A model generated the notes under the pieces. The model saw nothing but the letters and a program-made list of their open reading frames with translations, was not told the origin of the DNA and did no database searches. The translations under genes were made by a program, and so were the position numbers. Shown here one piece after another: positions 17,723 through 27,412 of a stretch of DNA of 52,840 nt. Within the stretch, counting starts at the first letter, position 1. The number at the start of each line of letters is the position of its first letter. Source of the DNA: Gaiellaceae bacterium (GTDB taxonomy: Bacteria > Actinomycetota > Thermoleophilia > Gaiellales > Gaiellaceae); contig JBOHAB010000001.1 of the NCBI GenBank assembly GCA_050697655.1, positions 1 through 52,840 of the forward strand, in the 5' to 3' direction.

Positions 17723-18499
17723 CTACATGCCCATGGCGTGGTAGCCGGAATCCACGTAAAGGATCGTGCCGGTGATGTTCGCAGCCTCGTCCGAGAGGAG
17801 GAACGCGCCCGCGACTCCGACGTCGGCGGCGTCGATGGGGCGGTGGAGCGGTGCGCGCTCCTCGACGATCGCCTCCATCGTCGGGAAGCCGGCGATCGAG
17901 CGCGCGGCCAGCGTCCGCACCGGGCCGGCGGAGACGGCGTTCACGCGGATGTTCTTCTGCCCGAGGTCCCAGGCGAGGTAGCGAACCGACGAGTCGAGCG
18001 TCGCCTTGGCGACGCCCATGACGTTGTAGTGCGGAACGGCCCGCTCGCCGCCGAGGTAGGTCATGGTCATGATCGCGCCGCCGCCGGCGGCCTCCATCAG
18101 CGGTTCCGCGAGCCGCGCGCAGGCGACGAGCGAGTAGGCGGAGACGTCGAGCGCGAGCCAGAAGCGGTCGCGCGGCGTGTCCGTGAAGCGGCCCTCGAGA
18201 TCGCGGGCGTCGGCGAACGCGACCGAGTGGACGAGTAGGTCGAGCCTACCGTCGAAGGCCTCGGCGACCTCGGCGAAGAGGCGGTCGAGGTCCTCGTCGG
18301 AGCGGACGTCGCAGGACGTGATCAGAGGCGAGCCGACGGACTCGGCCAGCCCGCGCACGTTCTTCTCGATGCGCTCGCCCTGGAAGGTGAAGGCGAGCTG
18401 GGCGCCGCCGTCGGCCAGCTCCTGGGCGATCGCCCAGGCGATCGACCGTCGGTTGGCGACGCCGAGCACGAGCCCTTTCTTGCCTTCGAAGCGACTCAC
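17723..18499 (-). CDS. fabI: Enoyl-[acyl-carrier-protein] reductase (NADH), FabI
   Basis: It has KKGLVLGVANRRSIAWAIAQEL, LLVHSVAFA, the Y-x6-K context YNVMGVAKATLDS, and VNAVSAGPVRTLAA. Confidence 0.9.
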   Translation of the reverse strand: MSRFEGKKGLVLGVANRRSIAWAIAQELADGGAQLAFTFQGERIEKNVRGLAESVGSPLITSCDVRSDEDLDRLFAEVAEAFDGRLDLLVHSVAFADARDLEGRFTDTPRDRFWLALDVSAYSLVACARLAEPLMEAAGGGAIMTMTYLGGERAVPHYNVMGVAKATLDSSVRYLAWDLGQKNIRVNAVSAGPVRTLAARSIAGFPTMEAIVEERAPLHRPIDAADVGVAGAFLLSDEAANITGTILYVDSGYHAMGM

Positions 18500-18528
18500 A
18501 GCGCGGGGAGTCTAATCTGGCCCCGGGC

Positions 18529-19416
18529 ATGAAGGCGTTCACCCACGACGTCTACACCTACCCGCTCCCGCCGGGGCATCGCTTCCCGCTCGGGAAGTAC
18601 CGGCTCGTCCGAGAGGGAGCCGACGCCGCTACGGAGATCGAGGTGGAGGACGCGCGGGCTGCGACCGACGAGGAGCTCGGGCTTGCGCACGAGGGCGAGT
18701 ACCTCGACCGGGTAGCGCGTGGGACGCTTTCGAGGCGCGAGGAGCTCGCGCTCGGGCTGCCCTGGTCGCCGGCGCTCGTCGAGCGGGCGCGCAGGTCGGT
18801 CGGCGCGACACTCCAGGCCGTCGACGCAGCGCTCGCAGACGGCGTCGCCGCCAACCTCGGCGGCGGCACGCACCACGCTTTCCCGAACGGCGGGCGCGGC
18901 TTCTGCGTCTTCAACGACGTCGTCGTCGCGGTGAGGACGTTGCGTCGCGCCGGCCGCGTGGCGCGCGTGCTCGTGGTCGACCTCGACGTCCACCAGGGCG
19001 ACGGAACGCACTTGGCGTTCATGGACGACCCGGAGACCTTCACGTTCTCGGTGAACGGCTTCCGCAACTATCCGTTCCGGCGAGTGCCGGGCGACCTCGA
19101 GCTCGACCTGGCGGACGGCACCGCGGACGAGGCCTACCTGGACGGGCTCGCTCGGCTGCTGCCGCAGGCTCTGGCCCGGTCCCGTCCCGACGTCTGCTGC
19201 TACCTCGGCGGCGCCGACCCGTACGAGCGCGACCGCCTGGGGCGGCTGGCGCTCAGCACCGGCGGCCTGGCCGCCCGTGACACGCTTGTTCGCGACACGC
19301 TCGCCCGGGCCGGCGTCCCGGTCTGCGTCACCCTGGCGGGCGGCTACGCCGACCCGATCGAGGACACCGTCGGGATCAACCTCACTACGCTGCGCCTATT
19401 CGCGTCGCGGTCGTAA
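18529..19416 (+). CDS. Histone deacetylase-family (arginase/deacetylase fold) protein
   Basis: It has GGGTHHAFPNGGRGFCVFNDV and VVDLDVHQGDGT. Confidence 0.85.
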   Translation: MKAFTHDVYTYPLPPGHRFPLGKYRLVREGADAATEIEVEDARAATDEELGLAHEGEYLDRVARGTLSRREELALGLPWSPALVERARRSVGATLQAVDAALADGVAANLGGGTHHAFPNGGRGFCVFNDVVVAVRTLRRAGRVARVLVVDLDVHQGDGTHLAFMDDPETFTFSVNGFRNYPFRRVPGDLELDLADGTADEAYLDGLARLLPQALARSRPDVCCYLGGADPYERDRLGRLALSTGGLAARDTLVRDTLARAGVPVCVTLAGGYADPIEDTVGINLTTLRLFASRS

Positions 19417-20150
19417 CCGGAGGGTCGAGCGGGATCGGCGCGGCCACGGCCCGCCTCCTGACGACGCGCGGCTGGAAGTGTGTCTTGCTCGCGCGGGGAA
19501 CCGAGCGCCTGGAACGAGTGGCGGACGAACTCGGCGGCGAGGCCGAGTCCTGCGACGTCTCCGACCGCGCGGACATCGATGCTGCTGCCGCGCGGGTCGG
19601 GGAGCGCCACCCCGCCGTGCACCTGCTCGTCGCCAGCGCCGGGATCCCCGGCGGCGGTGGCTTCCTCGACCTGCCGCCGGAGCGGATCGAGCAGGTGATG
19701 GCCACGAACTACCTCGGCGGCGTCTGGACGCTGCGCGCCTTCCTGCCGCTCCTGGAGGCGGGCGCGCCCTCGGACGTCGTCAACGTCGCCTCGATCGCCG
19801 GCGTGTACTCGGTGGGCGGCTCCTCAGGGCCCTACGCCGCCTCGAAGCACGCCCAGCTCGCCTTCTCGCGCGGAGTCGCCGCGGAGCTCGCCCCGCGCGG
19901 GATCCGGGTGCACTCCGTCAACCCCGGTCCGGTTTGGACGGAGGGCTTCCCCCAGCACCGGTTCCAGGGAACCCCGTTCGAGCGGTTCGTGCTCGAGCCC
20001 GACCGCGTGGCCGAGTCGATCCTCCGCGCGGTGGAGCGCGGCAAGCCTGAGGCGTTCGTCTTCGGCGTGTACCGCGTCTTCGGCCTGCTCCAGGCGGCGA
20101 TCCCGGGGACGCTCGTCCGCCTCAACGCCCGTCGTGCCCGTCGCAAGTAA
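19398..20150 (+). CDS. Short-chain dehydrogenase/reductase (SDR); start codon uncertain
   Basis: In-frame upstream of listed ORF 19485..20150 lies IRVAVVTGGSSGIGAATARLL (Rossmann TGxxxGxG). It also has NVASIAG and YAASK. No ATG/GTG/TTG precedes the glycine motif after the in-frame stop at 19278-19280; ATT 19398 is the nearest candidate. Confidence 0.75.
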   Translation: MRVAVVTGGSSGIGAATARLLTTRGWKCVLLARGTERLERVADELGGEAESCDVSDRADIDAAAARVGERHPAVHLLVASAGIPGGGGFLDLPPERIEQVMATNYLGGVWTLRAFLPLLEAGAPSDVVNVASIAGVYSVGGSSGPYAASKHAQLAFSRGVAAELAPRGIRVHSVNPGPVWTEGFPQHRFQGTPFERFVLEPDRVAESILRAVERGKPEAFVFGVYRVFGLLQAAIPGTLVRLNARRARRK

Positions 20151-20157
20151 CAGTGTG

Positions 20158-20520
20158 TTACTCGAGCTGGACGCCCAGCCGCTTGGGAGCGACGCGGAGG
20201 TAGCTGCCGGTGACGAGGTCGGTCACCTCGCCCCAGTCGATCGCGCCGACGTCGAGGCGGAGCCCGATCCAGCCTCTCGGGCCCAGGTACGCAGGGAGGT
20301 AGAAGCGCTCCGGGTCGCCCGCGACAAGAGCGCCCGGCTCACCCCACGGCGCGCGGCAGGTGAGGCCGACGATGCCGTCGCCGTGGTGGTCGTCGAGGAA
20401 GTACGCGAACGTCTTTCCCCGGATGCGGAAGGTGGCGTGCTTGCCCGTGAGCTCCCGAGTCGCCTCGGGGAGGGCCAGGCAGATCGCCGACAGCCGCGCG
20501 AGCCGTGGGTCCTGGCTCAC
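20158..20520 (-). CDS. MmcQ/YjbR-family protein
   Basis: Typical family layout: LSAICLALPEATRE…GKHATFRIRGKTFAYF… and WIGLRLD…DWGEV..LV..SY..VAPK. Confidence 0.7.
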   Translation of the reverse strand: MSQDPRLARLSAICLALPEATRELTGKHATFRIRGKTFAYFLDDHHGDGIVGLTCRAPWGEPGALVAGDPERFYLPAYLGPRGWIGLRLDVGAIDWGEVTDLVTGSYLRVAPKRLGVQLE

Positions 20521-21221
20521 CGGGTGAGCCGAAGTGCCGCGGCGGCGATCGCCGCGCCGGCGACGGCGTCGAGGACGTAGTGGTTCGCGGTGACGAAGAC
20601 GACGGTCGCCACCAGCGGCGGGTAGGCCGGTGCGAGCGAGCGGAGGACCGAGCTTTCGCTCGTCTGCGCGACGCCGGCCGCCGTCACGACCGCGTACGCC
20701 ACGTGGATGCTCGGCATCGCGGCGAGCGGGTCGTAGAGCTGCGCGACCGCCCCCGAGTCGAGGTCGATGCCGCTGACGTCGGCGATCGTGTCGACGAAGT
20801 GGTCAAGCGAGCGGGGCGGCGCGCAAGGGAAGAAGTAGAAGACCGGCTGGCACGCGAGCGTCGTCAGGACGGCGGCGCGCCGGAAGCGGTGGAACGCGGG
20901 ATGGCGCCGAGCGTAGAGGCGCATCAGAAAGCCGACGGTGAACGCGGCGTTCGAGACGACGTAGGCCACGTTCAAGATCCCGAGCAACCGCCGATGCCCG
21001 AGCAGCGGCTCCTGAAGCCGGGGCTCGACGTGGATGCCCAGCCGGCGCTCGAGGGAGACCACCCGCTCGGCGTTCTTCGCCGCCTGGAGCCGCCCCGCCT
21101 CGCCGCGCTTGCGACGGCTCGCGAGCAGGTAGAGCGCGTAGACGCCGAGGCCGATCGCGACCTCGCGCCGGCCGGAGAAGCGCCCGCGTTGCCCTCTCCG
21201 AAGTCCCACTCCAGCGCGCAT
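20517..21221 (-). CDS. PAP2-superfamily membrane protein (phosphatase / phosphoinositol-transferase-like)
   Basis: It has multiple TM helices and PAP2 C-terminal motifs AMPSIHVAYAV and TANHYVLDAVAG. The start is taken at ATG 21221 (MRAGVG…); upstream listed sequence is Arg/Ser-rich. Confidence 0.65.
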   Translation of the reverse strand: MRAGVGLRRGQRGRFSGRREVAIGLGVYALYLLASRRKRGEAGRLQAAKNAERVVSLERRLGIHVEPRLQEPLLGHRRLLGILNVAYVVSNAAFTVGFLMRLYARRHPAFHRFRRAAVLTTLACQPVFYFFPCAPPRSLDHFVDTIADVSGIDLDSGAVAQLYDPLAAMPSIHVAYAVVTAAGVAQTSESSVLRSLAPAYPPLVATVVFVTANHYVLDAVAGAAIAAAALRLTR

Positions 21222-21234
21222 ACTTACCACCCAT

Positions 21235-22239
21235 ATGCGTAGGTGGCGCCGGAACCTCGTCCGCATCGGCATCGGCACGGCCGCGACCGGCGCGTTCCTG
21301 TGGCTCTTCCTGCGCGAGGTCGACCTCGGCGAGGCGTGGCGTGAGATCACCGCGCTCCCCGGGTGGACGATGGTCGCGGCGCTGGCGCTCGTCATCGCCA
21401 ACGTCGTGATCATGTCGATCCGCTGGGGCTACCTCTTGAGCGGCGCCGGCTACCGGATCGGCCTCTGGAAGCTCGTCTCGACGGTCTCCGTCGGCCGCGG
21501 CGCCAACAACATCCTCCCTGCGCGTGGCGGCGACCTCCTTCGCATCGAGGCGCTCCGGGAGCGGCGTGTGCCCGTGTTCGTGAGCGCCGGCACGCTCTTC
21601 GCCGAGCGACTGCTCGACGCCGTCATCCTCTCGACCTGGATCCTTTTCGGCGCGCTCGCGATCGGCGAGGGAGGGCCAATGCTCCTCACAGGCGTCGCGC
21701 TCTCCTCCGGAGCCGCGCTCGGCGTCGGGCTAGTCGCGCTCGCCGCCCGCGACCCTGATCAGGCGGAGCGTTTCGCCTGGCGAGCGACGCGCAGGCTGCC
21801 GCCCCGCTGGCACACCCGCTTCACCCGCGCGGCGGCGCACTTCGTGGACGGGCTGGGCGCCTTCCGCGGCCGCGCGCGGCTCGTCGCCATCTTCGCGACC
21901 TCGGCCGCGATGTGGCTCGCCGACGTGATCATGTACTGGGTGGTCGGCGAGTTCGCGTTCGGGCTCGACCTGCCGATCGGCGCCTACTTCCTGCTCGAGG
22001 GCATCGGCAACCTCGCGCTGGCGGTGCCCGCCACGGCGGCGGGGATCGGGACGTTCGACTACCTGACCCTCCTCGCCGCGAAGGGCATCGACGTCAACCC
22101 GGACAAGGCAACGGCGTACGTGCTGACGATGCACGCCCTCGCAGTCCTTCCCGTCACGATCATGGGCGCCTTGCTCGTCAGCCCAGCCTTCCCCCGCCTC
22201 CTGGGCAGGCGGCGCGAGCCCGCTCAGGAATCCGGCTGA
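21235..22239 (+). CDS. UPF0104 / lysylphosphatidylglycerol-synthase-TM-region (flippase-like) membrane protein
   Basis: A 334-aa polytopic protein with a family-typical N-terminus (RRNLVRIGIGTAATGAFLWLFLREVDLGEAW) and NNILPARGGDLLRI. Confidence 0.7.
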   Translation: MRRWRRNLVRIGIGTAATGAFLWLFLREVDLGEAWREITALPGWTMVAALALVIANVVIMSIRWGYLLSGAGYRIGLWKLVSTVSVGRGANNILPARGGDLLRIEALRERRVPVFVSAGTLFAERLLDAVILSTWILFGALAIGEGGPMLLTGVALSSGAALGVGLVALAARDPDQAERFAWRATRRLPPRWHTRFTRAAAHFVDGLGAFRGRARLVAIFATSAAMWLADVIMYWVVGEFAFGLDLPIGAYFLLEGIGNLALAVPATAAGIGTFDYLTLLAAKGIDVNPDKATAYVLTMHALAVLPVTIMGALLVSPAFPRLLGRRREPAQESG

Positions 22240-23349
22240 CTAAGTCTCCCGCGCGCTCGCGTACTCGCGGGCGAGGAAGGGAAGCTCGCGCGCCCGGCGC
22301 GGCGCGACGGCCAGCGCCTCGGCCAGCCGGCGGCGGCGACCCTCGGGCGTCTCCAGGTCGGGCTCCACCGGCCTCCTCTCATCCCGGGCGGATGCGACGG
22401 CGTCGGCCAGCGTGCGCTCGAGCGCGGGGACTTCGGCCTCGGCGCCGTCTTCGAGCAGCGCGGCGACGACCTGGCCGCAGGTCAGCGGCATCGCCCGCCG
22501 GAGGAGCGCGAGTAGGGCCCCCTCGACGTCGTCCTTCGGGAGCTGGGCCGGCGGGCCGTGCGCGAGATGGATCCGGGTGCGGCCCTTGACGAGGGGGTCG
22601 TAGGCGATCGCAAAGGGGCGAACCGCAGCCGGCCTTCCCCGACGAACGAGCGCGCCGATGCCCGGCTTGATCGGCCCGATCTCCCCGTCGGGCGAGGGGC
22701 GTCCTTCCGGGAACACGAGCAGGACGTTGCCGTCGCGGACGACCTCCACCAAGGCCCGGAAGTCCCCGGCCGCCTGCGCCGCCCTGGCGCTCCAGAACTC
22801 GTCGAGGCCGCCACGGTCATCGGGCGTGAACGGCTTCCAGAGGAGGTCCGCGTACTCGCCGCGGAGGACGTCGCCGGCCCGCGCCGGGGAGGCCCCCGCT
22901 CGCTCGGCGAACGCCGCGACCTCCTCTTCCGGCAGGAGCTCGGCGAGGGGCCGGTCTGCGTGGGTGGCCAGCACCTCCCCCACCCGCGCCACCTGCGCGC
23001 TCCGGATGGGGAAGACGTTGACGCGCGGAAGCCAGCGGCCGACCCCGATCCGGTAGAGGAGCCGACGCGCGGGCCGGGGCAGGTCCGGCGGGAACCCGGC
23101 GAAGAATCCCGGGAGGAACATGTCGTCTCGCGCGGCGAAGTGCATGCGCCCCGTCGTGTTCCGCCGTCCTCCCATGGTGAAGTAGAGCGCCGGGGCGACC
23201 ACCGGCACGTCGCTCTCCCGCCGGTGCGTGATAGCGATGAGCGTTCCGGGCTCCGGAGCAAAGCCGTCGGGGTCGAGCAGGCTCACGCGGAAGGCCGCAT
23301 GGGAGTAGGCCCACATCCCGTGTCCGACGGCGTCGTAGAGATCAGGCAC
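22240..23349 (-). CDS. Lysophospholipid/glycerol-3-phosphate acyltransferase-family protein (PlsC-like)
   Basis: It has the HX4D box ITHRRESD and the FPEGRPSPDG box. Confidence 0.7.
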   Translation of the reverse strand: MPDLYDAVGHGMWAYSHAAFRVSLLDPDGFAPEPGTLIAITHRRESDVPVVAPALYFTMGGRRNTTGRMHFAARDDMFLPGFFAGFPPDLPRPARRLLYRIGVGRWLPRVNVFPIRSAQVARVGEVLATHADRPLAELLPEEEVAAFAERAGASPARAGDVLRGEYADLLWKPFTPDDRGGLDEFWSARAAQAAGDFRALVEVVRDGNVLLVFPEGRPSPDGEIGPIKPGIGALVRRGRPAAVRPFAIAYDPLVKGRTRIHLAHGPPAQLPKDDVEGALLALLRRAMPLTCGQVVAALLEDGAEAEVPALERTLADAVASARDERRPVEPDLETPEGRRRRLAEALAVAPRRARELPFLAREYASARET

Positions 23350-23366
23350 GTCTATATCCTGGCGGC

Positions 23367-23885
23367 GTGGCCGCGCTTCGGCTCGGAGACCCCGCTCCCG
23401 CCTTCTCCCTCCCCGGCTTGGACGGAGCGACGCACAGCCTCTCGGAGTACGAGGGGAAGCCCGTGGCCGTCGTCTTCTCCTGCTGTCACTGCCCGTACGT
23501 GGTCGCGTGGGAGGACCGGCTGAACGAGGTGGCGCGCGAGGTGGACGGCCACGCCGGCTTCCTGGCGATCAACGCGAACGCGGGCTACCTCGGCGATTCG
23601 CCCGACGACATGCGCCGCCGCGCCGACGAGAAGGGGTTCGTCTTCCCGTTTCTCTACGACGAGTCGCAGGAGACGGCCACTGCCTACGGCGCCGTGCGGA
23701 CACCCGAGGTCTTCGTCTTCGACTCCGATCACCGGCTCGTCTACCACGGCGCGCCGGACTCCGACTACCGGGATCCGAGCGCCGCCGAGCCGTACCTGCG
23801 CCCGGCGCTGGACGCGGCGCTCGCAGGAACGCCGCCCGAAGTGCAGGAGACGCCGCCCGTCGGCTGCACCGTCAAGTGGCGCTAG
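23367..23885 (+). CDS. Thioredoxin-fold redoxin (AhpC/TSA-type thiol-disulfide oxidoreductase)
   Basis: It has GDPAPAFSLPGLDG…GKPVAVVFSCCHCPYV and RTPEVFVFD. Confidence 0.75.
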   Translation: MAALRLGDPAPAFSLPGLDGATHSLSEYEGKPVAVVFSCCHCPYVVAWEDRLNEVAREVDGHAGFLAINANAGYLGDSPDDMRRRADEKGFVFPFLYDESQETATAYGAVRTPEVFVFDSDHRLVYHGAPDSDYRDPSAAEPYLRPALDAALAGTPPEVQETPPVGCTVKWR

Positions 23886-24919
23886 CCCTCTAGCTCGCGG
23901 CGGACGAGGTCGAGCGCCTCCTCGCGGGTGGCGATCGTGCCGACGGCGCGTTCCTCGGCGACGAGCTCCAGCAGGCGGCCGACTTCCGGGCCCGGCTCAA
24001 GGCCGAGGGCAAGCACGTCCTCGCCGCGGAGAAGGGGCTCGGGGTGGTCGGCCGCACGTGCCGCGCGAACCGCCTCGTAGAGGTCGCCCGCCCCGAGATA
24101 GGCGAGTGCGGACACGGCCCAAGGCTCGGTGCACCTGCGGAAGCGGTGGATCTCACGCGCTGAGTCGTCCGCCGGCCGCTCCGCCGCGAGCAGCGTCGAG
24201 GCGAGCTTGCGAAGGTCGTTGGAGATGGGCAGGCGCCGCAGGCGCTCGCCGAAGACTGCGACCAGAAGGAAGCCGGGCGCGCCGTCCGGGTCGACGCGCT
24301 CTAGGCCCTCGCTCGAGCCGCCCAGTGGCTCGAGCAGGCTCAGCTCGCCGGCTCGGCGTAAGCCGTCCGGCGAGAGGCGCTCCAGCTCACCGAGGATCCG
24401 CTCGCCGGCCGGCTCGCCCACGCGAGGTGCCCCTGCGCGAACGAGCTGCTCGGTCGCCTCGTCGAGCCGGAACCCGAGCTCGTCCTCGAGACGCACCGCC
24501 CTCAGGAGCCGGAGCGGATCGTCCTCGAAGACGGCCGGGGAGACCGCGCGAAGGCGACGCGCCTCGAGATCGGCTTCGCCGCCGAACGGGTCGACGAGCG
24601 ATCCGCCGTCCAGCGGGCGCGCGAGCGCGTTGACCGTGAAGTCGCGGGTGACGAGATCCTCCTCGATGCCCTTTGCGTGAAGCGGCGTGAAGTCGACGGT
24701 CTTGCCGTCGCGGAACGCGACCCTCCAGGCGCCGTGCCGCTCGGAAAGCGGGAAGACAGCGCCGCCCGCCAGGCCCGCGAAGCGACGGGCGGCCTGTTCC
24801 GGGCTCGGGCCAGCGACGTCGACGTCGACGACCTCCCGGCCGAGGAGCTCGTCGCGGAGGGCGCCGCCGACCACCCACGCGGGCGCCTCGCCGACGGCCT
24901 CGCGGATGCGGTCATCCAT
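23882..24919 (-). CDS. tRNA nucleotidyltransferase / poly(A) polymerase-family protein (CCA-adding enzyme-like, short form)
   Basis: It has the head-domain motifs VVGGALRDELLGREVVDVDV and RDFTVNAL. Confidence 0.75.
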   Translation of the reverse strand: MDDRIREAVGEAPAWVVGGALRDELLGREVVDVDVAGPSPEQAARRFAGLAGGAVFPLSERHGAWRVAFRDGKTVDFTPLHAKGIEEDLVTRDFTVNALARPLDGGSLVDPFGGEADLEARRLRAVSPAVFEDDPLRLLRAVRLEDELGFRLDEATEQLVRAGAPRVGEPAGERILGELERLSPDGLRRAGELSLLEPLGGSSEGLERVDPDGAPGFLLVAVFGERLRRLPISNDLRKLASTLLAAERPADDSAREIHRFRRCTEPWAVSALAYLGAGDLYEAVRAARAADHPEPLLRGEDVLALGLEPGPEVGRLLELVAEERAVGTIATREEALDLVRRELEG

Positions 24920-25940
24920 CGACGGTCCGTCGCTCGGCTCGGGTGCCGTCCCGGTTCAGCCCGCAGGTGATCTCGTAGTTGATCGTGCCGAGCACCCGCG
25001 CGTGCTCCTCTGCGAGGACACCGTCGCCGATCAGCGTCACCTCCGTGCCTGCCGGCTCGTCCTCGAGCTCGACGGCGAGGGCGTCCATGGAGATCGTGCC
25101 GACGACGCGGCGCCTGGTGGCCCCGACGAGCACCTCCGTCCCGGTGAAGCCCCGGCGGAAGCCGTCGGCGTAACCGACCGGGACGATGCCGACGCGCGCC
25201 GGGGCCTCGGCGACGTAACGGCGGCCGTATCCGGTGCTCTCGCCCGGGGCGAGCTCGCGCACCTGCGCCACGTAGCTCCGCCAGGAGAGCGCCGGCTCGA
25301 GCCCGTGGGCGGCCGGGTCGTCGCCGAACGGCGAGAGCCCGTAGAGGGCGATGCCGCAGCGGACTGCGTCGAAGCGCGCCTCGGGAAAGCGGAGGGCGCC
25401 GGCGCTGTTGGCCAGGTGGGCGGTGACGCCGGGGAAGGAGGCGGCGACCTCACGGAAGCGCTCGATCTGGGCTCGTGTGAACGACTCGTCGGGCTCGTCC
25501 GCCGCGGCGAGATGGCTCATGACGCCGACGACCCGGCCGCGCGGCACGGCCAGCGCTTCTTCCGGCGTCAACCCCCAGCGGCCCATGCCGGTGTCGACCT
25601 TCAGGTGCACGTCGACGCCGGCGGGAACGTCCGGGGAGGAGAGCGCGAGCTCGAGCCGGGCGTCGCGCGCGGCCGCTTCCTCGCCGGAAGCGAGCGGGCT
25701 CATGACGAGGATCCGCTGCGACGGAAACGCCTCGCGCAGGTCCTCCCCCTCCCTGGCGGTCGCAACGCAGAGGACGGAGGCGGCGCCTTCGAGCGCCGCG
25801 CGCGCCGCGCCGACGGCACCGTGGCCGTAGGCGTCGGCCTTGACGACCGCCCAGAGCTCGGCGGGTGAGACGGTCTCGTGGAGCAGCGCCGCGTTCCGTC
25901 GGATCGCGGCGAGGTCGACGGTGATCCGGGAGCGCGTCAC
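24912..25940 (-). CDS. alr: Alanine racemase
   Basis: It has the PLP-lysine motif AVVKADAYGHGA and family-typical length and C-terminal beta domain (ISMDALAV…). Confidence 0.9.
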   Translation of the reverse strand: MTRSRITVDLAAIRRNAALLHETVSPAELWAVVKADAYGHGAVGAARAALEGAASVLCVATAREGEDLREAFPSQRILVMSPLASGEEAAARDARLELALSSPDVPAGVDVHLKVDTGMGRWGLTPEEALAVPRGRVVGVMSHLAAADEPDESFTRAQIERFREVAASFPGVTAHLANSAGALRFPEARFDAVRCGIALYGLSPFGDDPAAHGLEPALSWRSYVAQVRELAPGESTGYGRRYVAEAPARVGIVPVGYADGFRRGFTGTEVLVGATRRRVVGTISMDALAVELEDEPAGTEVTLIGDGVLAEEHARVLGTINYEITCGLNRDGTRAERRTVDG

Positions 25941-27412
25941 GCGGAGAGCGCCGGCGAGAGCGACTCGACGACGTCACGCGCGATCATCCCGGCCGGCCCG
26001 TGGCGCTCGGCTGCGAGGTGCGAGGCGACACCGCACGCGGCGGCCGCGGCGGCCGCCGCGGCGCCTGCCTCCATCCCCTTCGCGAGGAACGCGCCGACGA
26101 CTCCGGTGAGGACGTCCCCGCTGCCTGCGGTCGCGAGGCCCGGGCTGCCCAGGTCGGCGACGACCGGTTGCTGGCCCGGCCCGGCGACCAGGGTGTCTGC
26201 GCCCTTGAGGAGAACGACGGTGCCGGTGTCGTCCGCCCCCGCCTGGACCGCGTCCAGCCGGTTGGCGCTCACCCAGGCCGAGGAACGGTCGAGGAGCCGC
26301 CCGAGCTCGCCTGCGTGCGGCGTGAGCACGGTCGCAGCATCGCGGGAGAAGACCCAGTCGAGATGCCCGGCGAGCGCCCAGAGGCCGTCGGCGTCGAGCA
26401 CGAGCGGCTTGTCGAGGCGGTCGAGGAGGAAGCCGACCAGCGCCCGGGTCCCGTCCGTCCTGCCCAGCCCGGGCCCGAGAGCCACCGCACGTACGCGCTC
26501 GGCGGCGAGCTGGATCTCGTCGGCGGCGTCGGGTGTGAGCACGCCCTCCTCGTCGGGGCACGGCCGCGTCATCACCTCGACCAGGCGCTGCTCGAAGACG
26601 AGGTTGAGCGAGGCGGGGACGCAGGCGGTGACGATGCCCGCCCCCGCTCGGAGCGCGGCCTCCGACGTCAGCGAGGGAGCCCCGGTCAGGCCGCGCGAGC
26701 CGCCGACGACCAGCACGGAGCCCGCCGAATACTTGTTGTCGCGCTCCGTTCGGCGCGGCACGTGCTCGAGGATCTCCGCCGTCGCGCGCGCAAGCCTCGT
26801 CTCGATCCCGGAGAGGCCGATGTCCGCGACGACGAGCTCCCCGACGTGGAAGCGGCCCGGCGCGATCACGTGGCCGACCTTGGGCGCGTGAAAGGTAACG
26901 GTCACGGTCGCCTCGACGGCGCTGTCCGCGACACGTCCCGTCGACGCGTCGACACCCGAGGGCAGATCGACTGCGACGATCGGGACGCTGCCGGCGTTCA
27001 GCTCGGCGATTGCCTGCTCGGCCTCGGGCCGGGGCTTCCCGCTGAAGCCCGTGCCGAAGAGGGCGTCGACCGCGAGGTCGGCCGGGCCGATCTCGCTCTC
27101 GAAGGGAACGCCTGCCTCCTTCGCCCGTTGCAGCACCACGGCTGCGTCCCCGGCGAACTTGTCCTCGGGCCCGAGCAGGCGAACCGACGCCTCTCGCCTT
27201 GCGCGCGCGAGCTCCCTCGCGACCACGAGCCCGTCGCCTCCGTTCGCCCCCGCGCCGCACCAGACGGCGACCCGGCGGGCGTCGGGGAAGCGGCGGAGGA
27301 TCTCCTCGACGACGCTTCCGCCGGCCCGCTCCATCAGCTCGAGGGTCGGCCCCGGGTAGGCCGCCTCGGCGGCGCGCATCTCTTCCGCCGAATAGAGCCG
27401 CTCGTAAGCCAT
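25937..27412 (-). CDS. nnr: Bifunctional NAD(P)H-hydrate epimerase / ADP-dependent dehydratase (Nnr, YjeF-type)
   Basis: The N-terminal YjeF_N part reads VWCGAGANGGDG. The C-terminal carbohydrate-kinase part reads VLLKGADT…ATAGSGDVLTG. Confidence 0.85.
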   Translation of the reverse strand: MAYERLYSAEEMRAAEAAYPGPTLELMERAGGSVVEEILRRFPDARRVAVWCGAGANGGDGLVVARELARARREASVRLLGPEDKFAGDAAVVLQRAKEAGVPFESEIGPADLAVDALFGTGFSGKPRPEAEQAIAELNAGSVPIVAVDLPSGVDASTGRVADSAVEATVTVTFHAPKVGHVIAPGRFHVGELVVADIGLSGIETRLARATAEILEHVPRRTERDNKYSAGSVLVVGGSRGLTGAPSLTSEAALRAGAGIVTACVPASLNLVFEQRLVEVMTRPCPDEEGVLTPDAADEIQLAAERVRAVALGPGLGRTDGTRALVGFLLDRLDKPLVLDADGLWALAGHLDWVFSRDAATVLTPHAGELGRLLDRSSAWVSANRLDAVQAGADDTGTVVLLKGADTLVAGPGQQPVVADLGSPGLATAGSGDVLTGVVGAFLAKGMEAGAAAAAAAAACGVASHLAAERHGPAGMIARDVVESLSPALSA

